Shown piece by piece: positions 1 to 10,208 of a DNA stretch of 64,000 nucleotides. The translations under genes were made by a program, and so were the position numbers. The stretch is taken from the NCBI GenBank assembly GCA_913775175.1, contig CAJYKU010000018.1, positions 78,573 to 142,572 on the forward strand, read 5' to 3'. The notes under the pieces were generated by a model. That model was not told the DNA's origin, did no database searches, and saw only the letters and a program-made list of their open reading frames with translations. The stretch comes from an uncultured Pantoea sp. (lineage in GTDB: Bacteria; Pseudomonadota; Gammaproteobacteria; Enterobacterales; Enterobacteriaceae). Numbering within the stretch: position 1 is the stretch's first letter; each line of letters opens with the position of its first letter.

Positions 1-1
1 C

Positions 2-622
2 CGCACCAGTCAGTTCATCGCGGTAACCACATTTGGCAATACTCAGGATGCGTGGACGCTGATAGAGCGGGTCAAACGCATTCATTTACGGGTCAGCGGT
101 GTCGATAGTCGCGGCAATCCCTATGCCGCCAGCGATCCTCATCTGCTTACCTGGGTGCACGTAGCTGAAACCAGCGCTTTTCTGGCCGCACATCTGCGCT
201 ATAAAAATCCCGCACTCAGCCGTTATGAGCAGGATCGCTACTACCAGGAAGCTGCATTAGTGGCTGAAGCGCTGGGGGCGCTGCAGGTGCCAGCCAGCGT
301 TGTGGCGGTAGAACACTATCTGCAGACAATACGCCCTGAACTCTGTTTTGATGACCGCACGCGTGAAGTGATGGAGCTGTTAATGAATGCGCCAGCGCCC
401 AGCTGGCAGGCGAGACCCGCGATACGCACTATGCTGCAGGCGGGTCTTGGCCTGCTACCTGCCTGGGCTCAGCAGCAGCTGCAACGTCCGGTCAGTCCGC
501 TGACGCAGTGGCGTACCGATCGGGAGATGGCAGTTCTGGCGCGTCTGCTGCGCTGGTCGATACAGCGTGGTGCCTGGGCGCGGGCAATGCAGCGTATGGG
601 ACGAGACGCACACTATTCCTGA
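2..622 (+). CDS. Oxygenase MpaB / DUF2236 family protein, 5'-truncated by the window edge
   Basis: Frame open from position 2: RTSQFIAVTTFG...VKRIHLRVSG...PYAASDPHLLTWVHVAE...LGLLPAWA, which fits the MpaB/DUF2236 motif set. Confidence 0.8.
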   Translation, partial: RTSQFIAVTTFGNTQDAWTLIERVKRIHLRVSGVDSRGNPYAASDPHLLTWVHVAETSAFLAAHLRYKNPALSRYEQDRYYQEAALVAEALGALQVPASVVAVEHYLQTIRPELCFDDRTREVMELLMNAPAPSWQARPAIRTMLQAGLGLLPAWAQQQLQRPVSPLTQWRTDREMAVLARLLRWSIQRGAWARAMQRMGRDAHYS

Positions 623-751
623 CGGCAAGCCAGGTGGTTAGCGCGAGCGCCGTGGCACTTTGAGAGTTTTACCCTTGTCTCACATGGCGCGAGTGCCGAT
701 CCTGCTCTATTCTCGGGGAAAATGGATCCCTGCAGGCATTATCGAGGCGCT

Positions 752-1861
752 ATGACCTATCATCCTCTGATTGCTGAGGTGCCCAATCAGCAAAACACAT
801 TAACTGCGATTGTTGAGCAGGATGCGCGCACAGCCTATTTTTATATCTGGCCAAATGATCTGTTTCGTAGTCAGTATGCCGTGCGCGGCTGCTGGTTGCG
901 CAATCTGCTGCCGGCACCTGCAGAGGACGACCGTGCGGCAATGGAGCAGGGGATTGCACCCCTGCTAAGTGCAGAGTATTGCCGTACACTGGAAGCAGAA
1001 CCTATGCTGGATCCCGCTGGTTTGCAGGTGTTATGGGAGCCAGACGATACCGGCGCTGCGCTCTGGTACTATGGTCAGTTGCTGGCAGTCATTCCCGGCT
1101 GGAGTCTGTACCAGAATCAGCAGGTGAGTTTCTCAGCGGGCTGTATTAAAAAAAATCGCCTCACCGCGCCGCTGGGTTCAGCATCCACTAATGAGTACTA
1201 TGCCCGCGCCGAGCAGCAGCGCCATTTCTGGCGCGACTGGCATGATGGCAAACAGTGGGACAGCGTGCAGCGGGAGCTGATGCAGGTCTATCAGTCACAG
1301 TTTGGCGAGTCAGTGAAGTACTATGCGATCGACCAGGGCAACTGGCCCCCTATGGCCCTTTCCCAGCACTGGCACAAGGGCGTCTGGTACTTCCTTACGC
1401 TGGGAATGAGTATTCGTCCCATGCCGCAGGCAGGTTTTCTGTTTGAAGAACTGGCACCGCAATATCGTCGTGTTGAACTGGCACTGGCGGTAGATGGCGA
1501 AGTTATGACGGAAGCCAATGCGGTACAGATGGCGAGTGCGCTGGCAGAGTTTGCCCATTTACCCTGGGCGCGGCTCACCTGGGTAGGTGAGGGGCATATG
1601 CTGGCGTCTGATGTGGCACCGGTTGGGTTTGAGAGCTTTTTGCTCGCCAACGGTCTGGCAGCGGAAACAGCGGATCTGCGGCTGCCAAAGCGCGATGGCG
1701 ACCGGCCGGAGCTGTTATGGGCCACACCGATCACAGAAGCTGAACGCCGTGTTGCGCAGGCAGATGAGCAGGGAGGGCATCATCTGCTCCAGCGTCTGCT
1801 GGCTGACGGTAATAATCATATTTTCCGGCCTCGCCAGGAAGTCGTACCGCCGCCAGAGTAA
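752..1861 (+). CDS. Suppressor-of-fused (SUFU) domain protein
   Basis: C-terminal half has YFLTLGMSIRPMP...RVELAL...W.GEGH...LLWATPITEAE, typical of bacterial SUFU domains. GAGG RBS precedes ATG 752. Confidence 0.7.
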   Translation: MTYHPLIAEVPNQQNTLTAIVEQDARTAYFYIWPNDLFRSQYAVRGCWLRNLLPAPAEDDRAAMEQGIAPLLSAEYCRTLEAEPMLDPAGLQVLWEPDDTGAALWYYGQLLAVIPGWSLYQNQQVSFSAGCIKKNRLTAPLGSASTNEYYARAEQQRHFWRDWHDGKQWDSVQRELMQVYQSQFGESVKYYAIDQGNWPPMALSQHWHKGVWYFLTLGMSIRPMPQAGFLFEELAPQYRRVELALAVDGEVMTEANAVQMASALAEFAHLPWARLTWVGEGHMLASDVAPVGFESFLLANGLAAETADLRLPKRDGDRPELLWATPITEAERRVAQADEQGGHHLLQRLLADGNNHIFRPRQEVVPPPE

Positions 1862-1986
1862 GCTGCCATACCGTAAGGCGCTTTATGCCACCTCGTTTCA
1901 GATGTGAGCAGAGAGCGCCTGAAGCGGTCTGTGGCGCACAAATAGTCACCGGGCTAAATTAATTCTCTTTTGTGATCACACACATC

Positions 1987-2013
1987 TCAAGTTCCCATTT
2001 AACAAGCCGTTAA
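1987..2013 (+). promoter_or_regulatory. Sigma28 (FliA) promoter of the chemoreceptor
   Basis: TCAA-N15-GCCGTTAA against consensus TAAA-N15-GCCGATAA, ~40 bp upstream of an MCP. Confidence 0.75.
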
Positions 2014-2054
2014 CCTCGAACAGGCATGTCGCCAGTCAGGCTAAAGGCATCTCA

Positions 2055-3950
2055 ATGTTAAACACTACTCAATCCCGTTTTATCGCGACGCTGGTCGCTT
2101 TTTTCGTTGTACTGCTGCTGGTCACTCTGCTGGTGATCAATCAGTTTGTTGCTCCGCAACTGACTCAGAATGAGAGCCGCCTGGTTCGCTATCAGGTGGA
2201 TAGCCTTGCCAGCCGCATTACAGAGCAGATGAACCGGGTTCAGGCGCAACAGCGCGCGATTACCGAGGCGGCAGGCGTGATGGAGAACGCTGCCATTGAT
2301 ACGCTGTTACCGGCCCTGGTTAATCAGTATCAGGACAGTAATATTTTTGGTGGCGGGGTCTGGCCGCTGCCTGAGCGACGCGATCCTGGCAAAGAGAAAG
2401 ATAGTACCTTCTTTGCACGCAATGCCGGCAATCAGTTACAGGTCAACACTTACTGGAACAGCGATAATGCAGACAACTACTGGCAGCAGCCCTGGTATAA
2501 AGCGGGACTTGCCGCGCCAAAAGGAGAGTGCGCCTGGGCTAAAGCCTATCAGGATGCTGCCAGCCCGCAGCCGCGTACCAACTGTGCGATGGCGATCTAT
2601 CGTAACGGCAGCATCTGGGGCGTGGCGACCATTGATGTAACGCTTGGCTTTTTTAATCAGCTGGCAAAGCAGATGGGTGATGCTATTCAGGGGCGGGTAT
2701 TGATTGTGGAAGCGGATGGTAAAGTGGTTGGCAACGCCGCGCTGCTGGAGGGCGCGCCAAAGCTGGAAAATCTCAGCGACACCCGGCTGCCAGTGGCCAC
2801 TGTGCTGAAGTCGCTGCTCGGGCAAACAGATTCCCACTCTCTGCAATCGACATTCAGGGATAGCGATGGTGAGCATACGCTGTTTCTGCAGGCGATACCT
2901 GGCAGCCCGTGGTATCTCGCCAGTGATGTGCCGTCCAGCCTGCTGAATACACAGACTCACGCCATGCTGATGCGCCTTGGTATGGTACAGATCCCGCTGG
3001 CAATCATATTACTGCTGGTTTCGCTGGGTTTTGTGCGTGCCATGATGAAGCGTCTGGGGCTGCTGCAGAAAAATATTGATGCGCTCTCCACAGGCGGGGC
3101 CGATCTGACTCAGCGCCTGCCTGCCAGTAACAGCCCGGAATTCAATGCAGTGGCAGAGAGCTTTAATCAGTTTATCAGCTATCTGCAGGGACTGATGCGT
3201 CAGGTCGGCGCCAGCGCGCTGGCTATCACTGCGGCGTCTCGCGAGATCGCCAGCGGTAACGCTGACCTCTCCGCCCGTACCGGATTGCAGGCCAGCTCTA
3301 TTGTGCAAACGGCGGCCTCAATGGAGGAGCTGACCAGCACAGTACGGCAAAACGCTGATAACGCGACTCACGCTAATCAGCTGGCAGATGACGCGGCAAT
3401 CGTAGCGGCACGTGGCAGTGAGATGGTGCGCCAGGTGGTAGTAACAATGGGCGAAATCCATCACTCCTCGCATAAGGTTGTGGATATTATCGGCGTGATT
3501 GACAGTATTGCGTTTCAGACCAATATCCTGGCGTTGAATGCGGCAGTAGAGGCTGCCCGTGCCGGAGAGCAGGGACGCGGCTTTGCTGTTGTGGCGTCGG
3601 AAGTGCGCAATCTTGCGCAGCGTTCAGCCAACTCGGCCCGCGAAATCAAAACGCTGATTGAGGCGTCAGTAGCAAACATCGATAGCGGAAGTCAGCTGGT
3701 TGAGCAGGCGGGACAGACCATGGATGAGCTGATGCGGGGAGTAGGTAGCGTAACCACGCTAATGAGTGAGATTATGTCCGCCAGCCACGAGCAGAGCATG
3801 GGCATCGGTCAGGTCAATGTGGCGATCACCCAGCTGGATGGCAGTACGCAGCAAAATGCAGCCCTGGTTGAGCAGGTCTCCGCAGCAGCACGCGCAATGG
3901 CGCAGCAGAGTATGCAGCTTGAGCAGGTAGTACAAAACTTCAGACTCTAA
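2055..3950 (+). CDS. Methyl-accepting chemotaxis protein (Cache-type periplasmic sensor, HAMP, signalling domain)
   Basis: Two TM segments, YWQQPWY Cache-like motif, IAFQTNILALNAAVEAARAGEQGRGFAVVASEVRNLAQRS signalling tip. Confidence 0.95.
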   Translation: MLNTTQSRFIATLVAFFVVLLLVTLLVINQFVAPQLTQNESRLVRYQVDSLASRITEQMNRVQAQQRAITEAAGVMENAAIDTLLPALVNQYQDSNIFGGGVWPLPERRDPGKEKDSTFFARNAGNQLQVNTYWNSDNADNYWQQPWYKAGLAAPKGECAWAKAYQDAASPQPRTNCAMAIYRNGSIWGVATIDVTLGFFNQLAKQMGDAIQGRVLIVEADGKVVGNAALLEGAPKLENLSDTRLPVATVLKSLLGQTDSHSLQSTFRDSDGEHTLFLQAIPGSPWYLASDVPSSLLNTQTHAMLMRLGMVQIPLAIILLLVSLGFVRAMMKRLGLLQKNIDALSTGGADLTQRLPASNSPEFNAVAESFNQFISYLQGLMRQVGASALAITAASREIASGNADLSARTGLQASSIVQTAASMEELTSTVRQNADNATHANQLADDAAIVAARGSEMVRQVVVTMGEIHHSSHKVVDIIGVIDSIAFQTNILALNAAVEAARAGEQGRGFAVVASEVRNLAQRSANSAREIKTLIEASVANIDSGSQLVEQAGQTMDELMRGVGSVTTLMSEIMSASHEQSMGIGQVNVAITQLDGSTQQNAALVEQVSAAARAMAQQSMQLEQVVQNFRL

Positions 3951-4143
3951 TCCTCTTCGCCGCAGAGCGTCTTCTGCTACTGCGGCATATCTTTACCCTG
4001 CAATATGACAGCGGCTTCGCTGATTCAGATTATGACTGCTAAGCTTACTTTTTATCGCGACAGCGCACGGAATGTGCGCGATTTTTTCCGTTGCTGCCCT
4101 GGCGATTGTGTACAATAGCTGGGATTTTTCCGAAGGAGCTGTC

Positions 4144-4677
4144 ATGCCTGCCATAGATGTTATTCTTGTTGACCACCTCGATCGCCCCATCGGCAAGATG
4201 GAAAAGCTGGAAGTGCATGAGAAGGGACTACTGCATCGCGCGGTGACGGTTTACGTATTTAATTCGCGTCATGAGTTGCTGCTGCAGCGGCGTGCCAGCA
4301 GTAAATATCATTGTGGCGGACTGTGGAGTAATACCTGCTGTAGTCATCCGTTTCCTGGTGAACCAACGCGGGCAGCGGCAGAGCGCCGTCTGCGTGAAGA
4401 GATGGGGCTGACGCTGACGCTGACTCCGGTATTTGAGCTGAGTTACAATCTGCCGCTCAGCAACGGGCTGATTGAACATGAATATGGTCATGTCTTTTTT
4501 GCCATCAGTGATGAGGAGCCGGTGCTGAATCCTGAAGAGGCTGACGCCTGGTGCTATCGCTCTGTTGAGCAGGTGCGGCAGGAGATGCAGAGCGATCCTG
4601 ACCACTTTACGCCCTGGTTCCTGCATACATTCCCACGTATCCCGGCGACGCTGGGCGACTTTTGCCTTACTGCCTGA
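4144..4677 (+). CDS. idi: Isopentenyl-diphosphate delta-isomerase, type 1 (Nudix fold)
   Basis: KLEVHEKGLLHRA, GLWSNTCCSHP, RRLREEMG, EHE and FTPWF motifs. AAGGAG RBS before ATG 4144. Confidence 0.92.
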   Translation: MPAIDVILVDHLDRPIGKMEKLEVHEKGLLHRAVTVYVFNSRHELLLQRRASSKYHCGGLWSNTCCSHPFPGEPTRAAAERRLREEMGLTLTLTPVFELSYNLPLSNGLIEHEYGHVFFAISDEEPVLNPEEADAWCYRSVEQVRQEMQSDPDHFTPWFLHTFPRIPATLGDFCLTA

Positions 4678-4847
4678 AATCACGCCTCCTGCTGAGGCGT
4701 TTTACTCTCCTCCTCTTGTGTCTCTTTCACCAGGTTTTCGGCTGGCTTAACAAAATGCGCGGAAAATAGCGGCTTTTTTCACTTCGCCCGCTGCGCCAGG
4801 CTACGCTTGATTATCATCACGCGCTAAACCGCCAGAGAGAGAACATC

Positions 4848-5756
4848 ATGATTAAACAGGGGATAGCAGGGCTGTTGGCTCTGTCACTGGGGATTGGAGC
4901 GGCACAGGCGGCCGATCCGGTAAAGGTGGGTTCCAAAATCGATACTGAGGGATCACTGCTGGGGAATATTATCCTGCAGGTGCTTGAGCAGCACGGCGTA
5001 AAAACCGTAAATAAAATCCAGCTTGGCAACACGCAGGTGGTACGTGGTGCAATCACGGCAGGTGAACTGGATATTTATCCCGAATATACCGGTAATGGTG
5101 CGTTCTTTTTCAATGATGAGAAAGATGCGGCATGGAAGAATGCAGAACAGGGTTATAACAAGGTAAAACAGCTGGATGCTGAAAAAAATCAGCTGGTGTG
5201 GCTGACTCCGGCGCCAGCTAATAATACCTGGACCATTGCGGTGCGGGGAGATGTGGCGCAACAGAACCATCTCAATTCGCTGGAAGACCTCAGCGCCTGG
5301 CTGAAAAAAGGCGGAGTATTTAAACTGGCGGCATCTGCAGAGTTTATTGAGCGTAGTGATGCGCTGCCAGCGTTTGAAAAGGCCTACGGCTTTAAACTGG
5401 AGCAATCGCAGCTGCTGTCGCTGGCGGGTGGCGATACTGCTGTCACTATCAAAGCGGCGGCACAGCAGACGTCAGGTGTTAACGCTGCTATGGCGTATGG
5501 TACTGATGGTCCGGTAGCAGCGCTGGGATTGCAAACGCTAAGCGATCCCAAAGGCGTGCAGCCGATCTATGCGCCGGCTCCGGTCGTACGTGCGGCGGTG
5601 CTCAAAGCGTATCCGCAACTGGGAGAGTGGCTGCAGCCGGTATTCAGCAGGCTGGATGAAAAAACGCTACAGCAGCTGAATGCGCAGATTGCGGTCGAAG
5701 GGCAGGACGCCAGCCAGGTTGCCCGCCAGTGGCTGCAGCAGAATAAGTTGCTGTAA
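4848..5756 (+). CDS. osmF: Osmoprotectant (glycine betaine) ABC transporter substrate-binding protein
   Basis: Signal peptide, VGSKIDTEGSLLG and ELDIYPEYTGNG motifs. First gene of a yehZYXW-like operon. Confidence 0.9.
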   Translation: MIKQGIAGLLALSLGIGAAQAADPVKVGSKIDTEGSLLGNIILQVLEQHGVKTVNKIQLGNTQVVRGAITAGELDIYPEYTGNGAFFFNDEKDAAWKNAEQGYNKVKQLDAEKNQLVWLTPAPANNTWTIAVRGDVAQQNHLNSLEDLSAWLKKGGVFKLAASAEFIERSDALPAFEKAYGFKLEQSQLLSLAGGDTAVTIKAAAQQTSGVNAAMAYGTDGPVAALGLQTLSDPKGVQPIYAPAPVVRAAVLKAYPQLGEWLQPVFSRLDEKTLQQLNAQIAVEGQDASQVARQWLQQNKLL

Positions 5757-5759
5757 CCT

Positions 5760-6929
5760 GTGCGACAGCTGCTAATGCGGCCGTTTCAGCAGCCGGTAGC
5801 TCTGCTGCTGCTGGCGCTTATCACGCTGGCGCTGCTGACGCTGCCTTTTTTGCGCTTTGCGGCTAACCGGCTGGTTGCAGGCGAGCCGCGCATGTTAGGG
5901 CAGATTGCCGATACTGGCTGGATCTGGCTGCCGCTGTTTGCTTTATGGTTTAGCCTGTTTCTGCCAGCCAGACGTCATGCTCTGCTGACGCTACTGGCAG
6001 CGCAGCTTCTGTTTGCGCTGCTTATCGCGCTGGGTGGCGCAGGTGCCAGTGAACTGGCGCGAGGCGCTTCACCACTGGCGCGTACTGCCTTTGGCAGCGG
6101 CTGGTGGTGTGCCGCAGGCGCGACGCTGCTGCTGACAGCTGAGGCGATCAGGCAGCTTAGCGCCGCAACCAGCTGGCGTATTGTGCTGAATATCCAGCTC
6201 TGGCTGCTGCCGCTGCTGCTATTGCTGACCCACCAGCTTGATCAGCTCTCACTGCTGAAAGAGTATGCCAATCGTCGCGCTGTATTTCAGGCGGCGTTCA
6301 GTCAGCATCTGGTGCTGATATTCGGTACATTACTACCGACGCTGCTGGCAGGCGTGCCTCTGGGATTAGTGATTGCGCGGCATCCGCGCTGGCAGCGTCC
6401 GGTATTCAGTGTGCTCAATCTTATCCAGACCATTCCCTCTGTTGCGCTGTTTGGCCTGCTGATTGCTCCGCTGGCCGGGCTGGCAACACATTTTCCGCTA
6501 CTGAAAAGGCTTGGCGTCAGCGGTATTGGCCTGACGCCGGCACTGATTGCGCTGGTGCTGTATGCGTTGCTGCCGCTGGTGCGCAGTATTGTCGCCGGAC
6601 TGCAGCAGGTTCCGCAGGCGGTTTGCGAAACGGCCCGCGGGATGGGAATGAGCCGCCGCCAGCAGTTCTGGCTGGCGGAATTACCGCTGGCGCTACCGAT
6701 ATGGCTCTCTGGTTTGCGTGTGGTTGTGGTGCAGACCGTGGGCCTGGCGGTAGTGGCTGCCCTGATTGGCGCGGGTGGCTTTGGAGCAATTGTGTTTCAG
6801 GGCTTGTTAAGCAGTGCGCTGGATCTGGTTCTGCTGGGGGTGATCCCGGTGGTCATGCTGGCAGTAGGGTGTGATGCAGTGCTGCGGCTGCTGGCAGCAC
6901 TGCTGGAGAGAAAATATGATTACATTTAA
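5760..6929 (+). CDS. yehY: Osmoprotectant ABC transporter permease
   Basis: Multi-TM protein with QTIPSVALFG and an EAA-like loop (ETARGMGMS); operon position. Confidence 0.85.
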   Translation: MRQLLMRPFQQPVALLLLALITLALLTLPFLRFAANRLVAGEPRMLGQIADTGWIWLPLFALWFSLFLPARRHALLTLLAAQLLFALLIALGGAGASELARGASPLARTAFGSGWWCAAGATLLLTAEAIRQLSAATSWRIVLNIQLWLLPLLLLLTHQLDQLSLLKEYANRRAVFQAAFSQHLVLIFGTLLPTLLAGVPLGLVIARHPRWQRPVFSVLNLIQTIPSVALFGLLIAPLAGLATHFPLLKRLGVSGIGLTPALIALVLYALLPLVRSIVAGLQQVPQAVCETARGMGMSRRQQFWLAELPLALPIWLSGLRVVVVQTVGLAVVAALIGAGGFGAIVFQGLLSSALDLVLLGVIPVVMLAVGCDAVLRLLAALLERKYDYI

Positions 6930-7851
6930 CCGGGTCAGCAAAATTTTTAACGGGAAAGCGGCCATCAGCAACCTGTCGCTGCATATTGAAAAGGGCAGCT
7001 TTACCGTGCTGATTGGCACATCCGGTTCCGGAAAATCCACCACGCTGAAAATGATCAACCGGCTGACAGAGCACGACAGCGGTGAGATCAGCTTTGCCGG
7101 TGAACCGATTGAGCAGATGGATGTACGGGCATTACGGCGGCGTATTGGTTACGCGATTCAGTCAATCGGCCTGTTTCCGCACTGGAATGTCGCCAGAAAT
7201 ATCGCCACTGTGCCTGCACTGCTGGGCTGGCCTGCGCAGAAGATTAATACACGCATAGCTGAGTTGCTGACGCTGCTGAATCTGGATCCACAGCTGGCTA
7301 CCCGCTATCCGCATCAGCTCTCAGGCGGCCAGCAGCAGCGGGTCGGCGTCGCTCGTGCACTGGCTGCTGATCCGGAGCTGCTGCTGATGGATGAGCCCTT
7401 TGGGGCGCTTGACCCGGTTAACCGTCAGGCGCTGCAGCAGGAGATGTTGCGCATCCAGCGGCTCTCGGGGCGTACTGTAGTGCTGGTAACGCACGATATT
7501 GATGAAGCGCTGGCGCTGGCCGATCAGCTGATCTTAATGGATAACGGTGAAGTGGTGCAGCAGGGTGCACCGGTGACGCTGCTGACGCAGCCGGTTAACG
7601 ATTTTGTCCGTAATTTCTTTGGTCGCAGCGAGCTGGGCATCAGGCTACTGGCTCTGGGGCAGGCAGGCAGCGCAGCACGCCGGGGAGAGTGGATTGATGC
7701 TGAACCTATTGCGGCTGCACTCTCACTGCGCGAGGCGCTATCGCAATTTATCGCTCGCGGAACCGATAAACTGCCGGTAATTGACCAGCAACAGCAGCGG
7801 ATAGGGGTGCTGCACTTTAGTGATTTGCTGCGTCCGTGGAGCGCGAACTGA
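6916..7851 (+). CDS. yehX: Osmoprotectant ABC transporter ATP-binding protein
   Basis: Walker [18 protein letters not shown] signature, [18 protein letters not shown] before ATG 6916. Confidence 0.9.
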   Translation: MITFNRVSKIFNGKAAISNLSLHIEKGSFTVLIGTSGSGKSTTLKMINRLTEHDSGEISFAGEPIEQMDVRALRRRIGYAIQSIGLFPHWNVARNIATVPALLGWPAQKINTRIAELLTLLNLDPQLATRYPHQLSGGQQQRVGVARALAADPELLLMDEPFGALDPVNRQALQQEMLRIQRLSGRTVVLVTHDIDEALALADQLILMDNGEVVQQGAPVTLLTQPVNDFVRNFFGRSELGIRLLALGQAGSAARRGEWIDAEPIAAALSLREALSQFIARGTDKLPVIDQQQQRIGVLHFSDLLRPWSAN

Positions 7852-8582
7852 TGCGCCTGTTACGTGAGCCGCTCTGCTGGCTGATTGCTCTGTTTCTGTT
7901 GCTGCTGTGGGGATTACCCTACAGCGGCCCGCTGTTTGCTCAATGGTTTCCGCAGCTGGAGCGACCGCTTTATCAGCAGGAGAGCTTCTGGCGGCTGGCG
8001 CTGGCGCACCTCGGGCTGGTGCTGAGTGGGACGCTGCTGGCGATAATAACTGGCGCGGGCGGAGCGATTTTCGCCACGCGCCGCTGTGGACGCGCGTTTC
8101 GGCCGCTGCTGGAGACGCTGGCAGCCGCCGGTCAGACTATTCCACCTGTGGCGGTATTAGCGATTGCCGTGCCGTTAATGGGATTTGGTGCGACTCCCGC
8201 TATTGTTGCGCTGTTTCTTTATGGCGTATTGCCGATATTACAGGGCACCCTGGCGGGTATCGGCAGTGTACCTGCCAGCAGTCGCGAAATTGCTACCGGA
8301 CTTGGCATGGGGCCGTGGCAGCGCCTCTGGCAGATTGAGCTGGCGCTGGCCGCACCGGTGATAATGGCCGGGATCCGCACATCGGTAATGATTAATATTG
8401 GCACCGCCGCGATAGCATCTACAGTAGGTGCGGCAACGCTGGGTTCACCGGTAATTATCGGGCTGAGCGGCTTTAACACCGCCTATGTGATTCAGGGCGC
8501 TCTGCTGGTCGCGTTACTGGCACTGATTTGCGATCGGCTGCTGGAGAGGGTACAGCGCGTGTTTACTGCGTATGCAGAATAA
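7851..8582 (+). CDS. yehW: Osmoprotectant ABC transporter permease
   Basis: [10 protein letters not shown] and [12 protein letters not shown] loop. TGATG stop/start overlap with yehX. Confidence 0.88.
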   Translation: MRLLREPLCWLIALFLLLLWGLPYSGPLFAQWFPQLERPLYQQESFWRLALAHLGLVLSGTLLAIITGAGGAIFATRRCGRAFRPLLETLAAAGQTIPPVAVLAIAVPLMGFGATPAIVALFLYGVLPILQGTLAGIGSVPASSREIATGLGMGPWQRLWQIELALAAPVIMAGIRTSVMINIGTAAIASTVGAATLGSPVIIGLSGFNTAYVIQGALLVALLALICDRLLERVQRVFTAYAE

Positions 8583-8670
8583 GGCTATAGCCCACCAGCA
8601 TCATACCGCCCATGCCGCCAATCGCCATAATTGCGAACAGCGTACCGATAAAGATTTTATTCCAGTTCAT
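8563..8670 (-). CDS. yohO: YohO-family small membrane protein (35 aa), not in the ORF track
   Basis: Reverse strand reads [35 protein letters not shown], resembling YohO (..MALGGIGGVMLAGY..). Same position between mlrA and yehW as in E. coli. Confidence 0.85.
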   Translation of the reverse strand: MNWNKIFIGTLFAIMAIGGMGGMMLVGYSLILHTQ

Positions 8671-8751
8671 CACAATACCTGATTACCATATGAAGTCAGA
8701 TATAATAACGCGCGACCGGGATCGCTTAAAGGCCTGACGTGCGGTTTTGAC

Positions 8752-9486
8752 TCAGACCGGATCGTGCATCTGAATGGAAAAACCCTGTGCCTGCCAGTGT
8801 TCGAACTGTTCCTGCTGACGCCGTGTCGGACGCTTACCGGTCCAGATAAACAGATGCTGACCAGGGAAAAGTTCGGGGCGCGGCATATCCAGCGGCTCCG
8901 CCAGAACATCAATGCGCCAGCCGTGCTGGGCAAGACGCCAGGCTTCCAGCCAGATACGGGTGCGATCTTCCACACCCCAGCCGATGATTAATGCATCTTT
9001 ACCTGGTTTTTTCCGCGATCCTGCCAGACAAAACGCAACGTAATCGATCAGCGCACCATCCAGCAGACTGCACATAGTACGCGCCGTGTTTTGATCCAGA
9101 CCAAGACGCTGACGTACCGGCACAAATACATGGTCAATCAGGGCATCGATGGGATATTCACGCCCAATCATGGCAATTTTGGTACGCAGTCTGGAGGCGC
9201 GTACATGCCGCAATACGCTCATCAGATCTTCCTGCAGCGCAGTCCAGCCATCATGTACATTAACCGTTTCACCTTCGAGCAGCGCTTTTACTTTGCCAAC
9301 AGGCACGCCGCTCTCTATCCAGCGCTTGATCTCTTCAATGCGCTGAACATCTTCATCATCAAACTGACGATGACCACCTTCTGTACGCTGGGGCTTTAAC
9401 AGACCGTAACGTCGCTGCCAGGCGCGAAGTGTTACCGGGTTTATTCCACAGCGCTCGGCAACATCGCCGATACTGTATAAGGCCAT
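8752..9486 (-). CDS. mlrA: MerR-family transcriptional regulator MlrA
   Basis: [40 protein letters not shown]; adjacent to yohO/yehW; GAGGA RBS. Confidence 0.9.
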   Translation of the reverse strand: MALYSIGDVAERCGINPVTLRAWQRRYGLLKPQRTEGGHRQFDDEDVQRIEEIKRWIESGVPVGKVKALLEGETVNVHDGWTALQEDLMSVLRHVRASRLRTKIAMIGREYPIDALIDHVFVPVRQRLGLDQNTARTMCSLLDGALIDYVAFCLAGSRKKPGKDALIIGWGVEDRTRIWLEAWRLAQHGWRIDVLAEPLDMPRPELFPGQHLFIWTGKRPTRRQQEQFEHWQAQGFSIQMHDPV

Positions 9487-9540
9487 AATGTCCTCAAATA
9501 TTGTGACCTGCATAAACACACCTTAACCGTCAGGGCTGGC

Positions 9541-9567
9541 TTGTACAATCTTTATTTTATTGTACAA
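9541..9567. promoter_or_regulatory. MlrA/BluR-type inverted-repeat operator upstream of mlrA
   Basis: TTGTACA-N13-TGTACAA, 55 bp upstream of the mlrA start; resembles the TGTACA-arm palindrome known for MlrA. Confidence 0.6.
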
Positions 9568-9596
9568 CTTGCCGGTTTACCCGATTTTTAGTTATA

Positions 9597-9630
9597 TCTC
9601 AAATATGAGATTTTTTTCTCTAATTTGAGA
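9597..9630. promoter_or_regulatory. Tandem palindromic operators, probably for autoregulation of the XRE regulator
   Basis: TCTCAAATATGAGA (9597-9610) and TCTCTAATTTGAGA (9617-9630), 20 bp apart. The second abuts the GAGGTG RBS. Confidence 0.6.
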
Positions 9631-9638
9631 GGTGATTT

Positions 9639-10208
9639 ATGTCTGATTCTGTTTCCGATACTGATAATCGACTGGCTCTGCGGCTGGCACAGCTCCGCGA
9701 GCAACATGGCTGGTCACTGGATGAGCTGGCGCTCACCACCGGTATCAGCCGCGCCTCATTGTCGCGCATTGAGCGTGCGGAGACCAGCCCTACGGCAGCG
9801 ATTCTTAATCGTCTGTGTGCTGCCTATGGCGTCACAATGTCGCGCCTGCTGCAGGAGATTGAAGATAACACGCTGCTGCTGCTAAAAGCTGAACAACAAT
9901 TAATCTGGCAGGATAGCAGCAGCGGCTTTCAGCGCCGTACAGTTTCGCCGCCCGGCAGAGAGTTTAAAGCAGAATTGATTGAGGGGGTACTCCCGGCTGG
10001 CGCCCGTATCGATTATGACGCGCCACCGCTGCAGGGTATGGAGCAACATATCTGGCTACAGAGCGGTGGATTAAGTATCACCATGGATGCAGAGTGCTGG
10101 ACGCTGGCAGAGGGCGATTGCCTGCGCTTTCATCTTACCGGTCGCTCCTCTTTTGCCGCTGATAAACATACCGGCGCCCGTTATATTCTGGTGGTATGCA
10201 AACCATGA
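9639..10208 (+). CDS. XRE-family HTH regulator with C-terminal cupin domain
   Basis: WSLDELA..TGISRASLSRIERAETSPT HTH; EQHIWLQSG...LAEGDCLRF cupin. Confidence 0.9.
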   Translation: MSDSVSDTDNRLALRLAQLREQHGWSLDELALTTGISRASLSRIERAETSPTAAILNRLCAAYGVTMSRLLQEIEDNTLLLLKAEQQLIWQDSSSGFQRRTVSPPGREFKAELIEGVLPAGARIDYDAPPLQGMEQHIWLQSGGLSITMDAECWTLAEGDCLRFHLTGRSSFAADKHTGARYILVVCKP

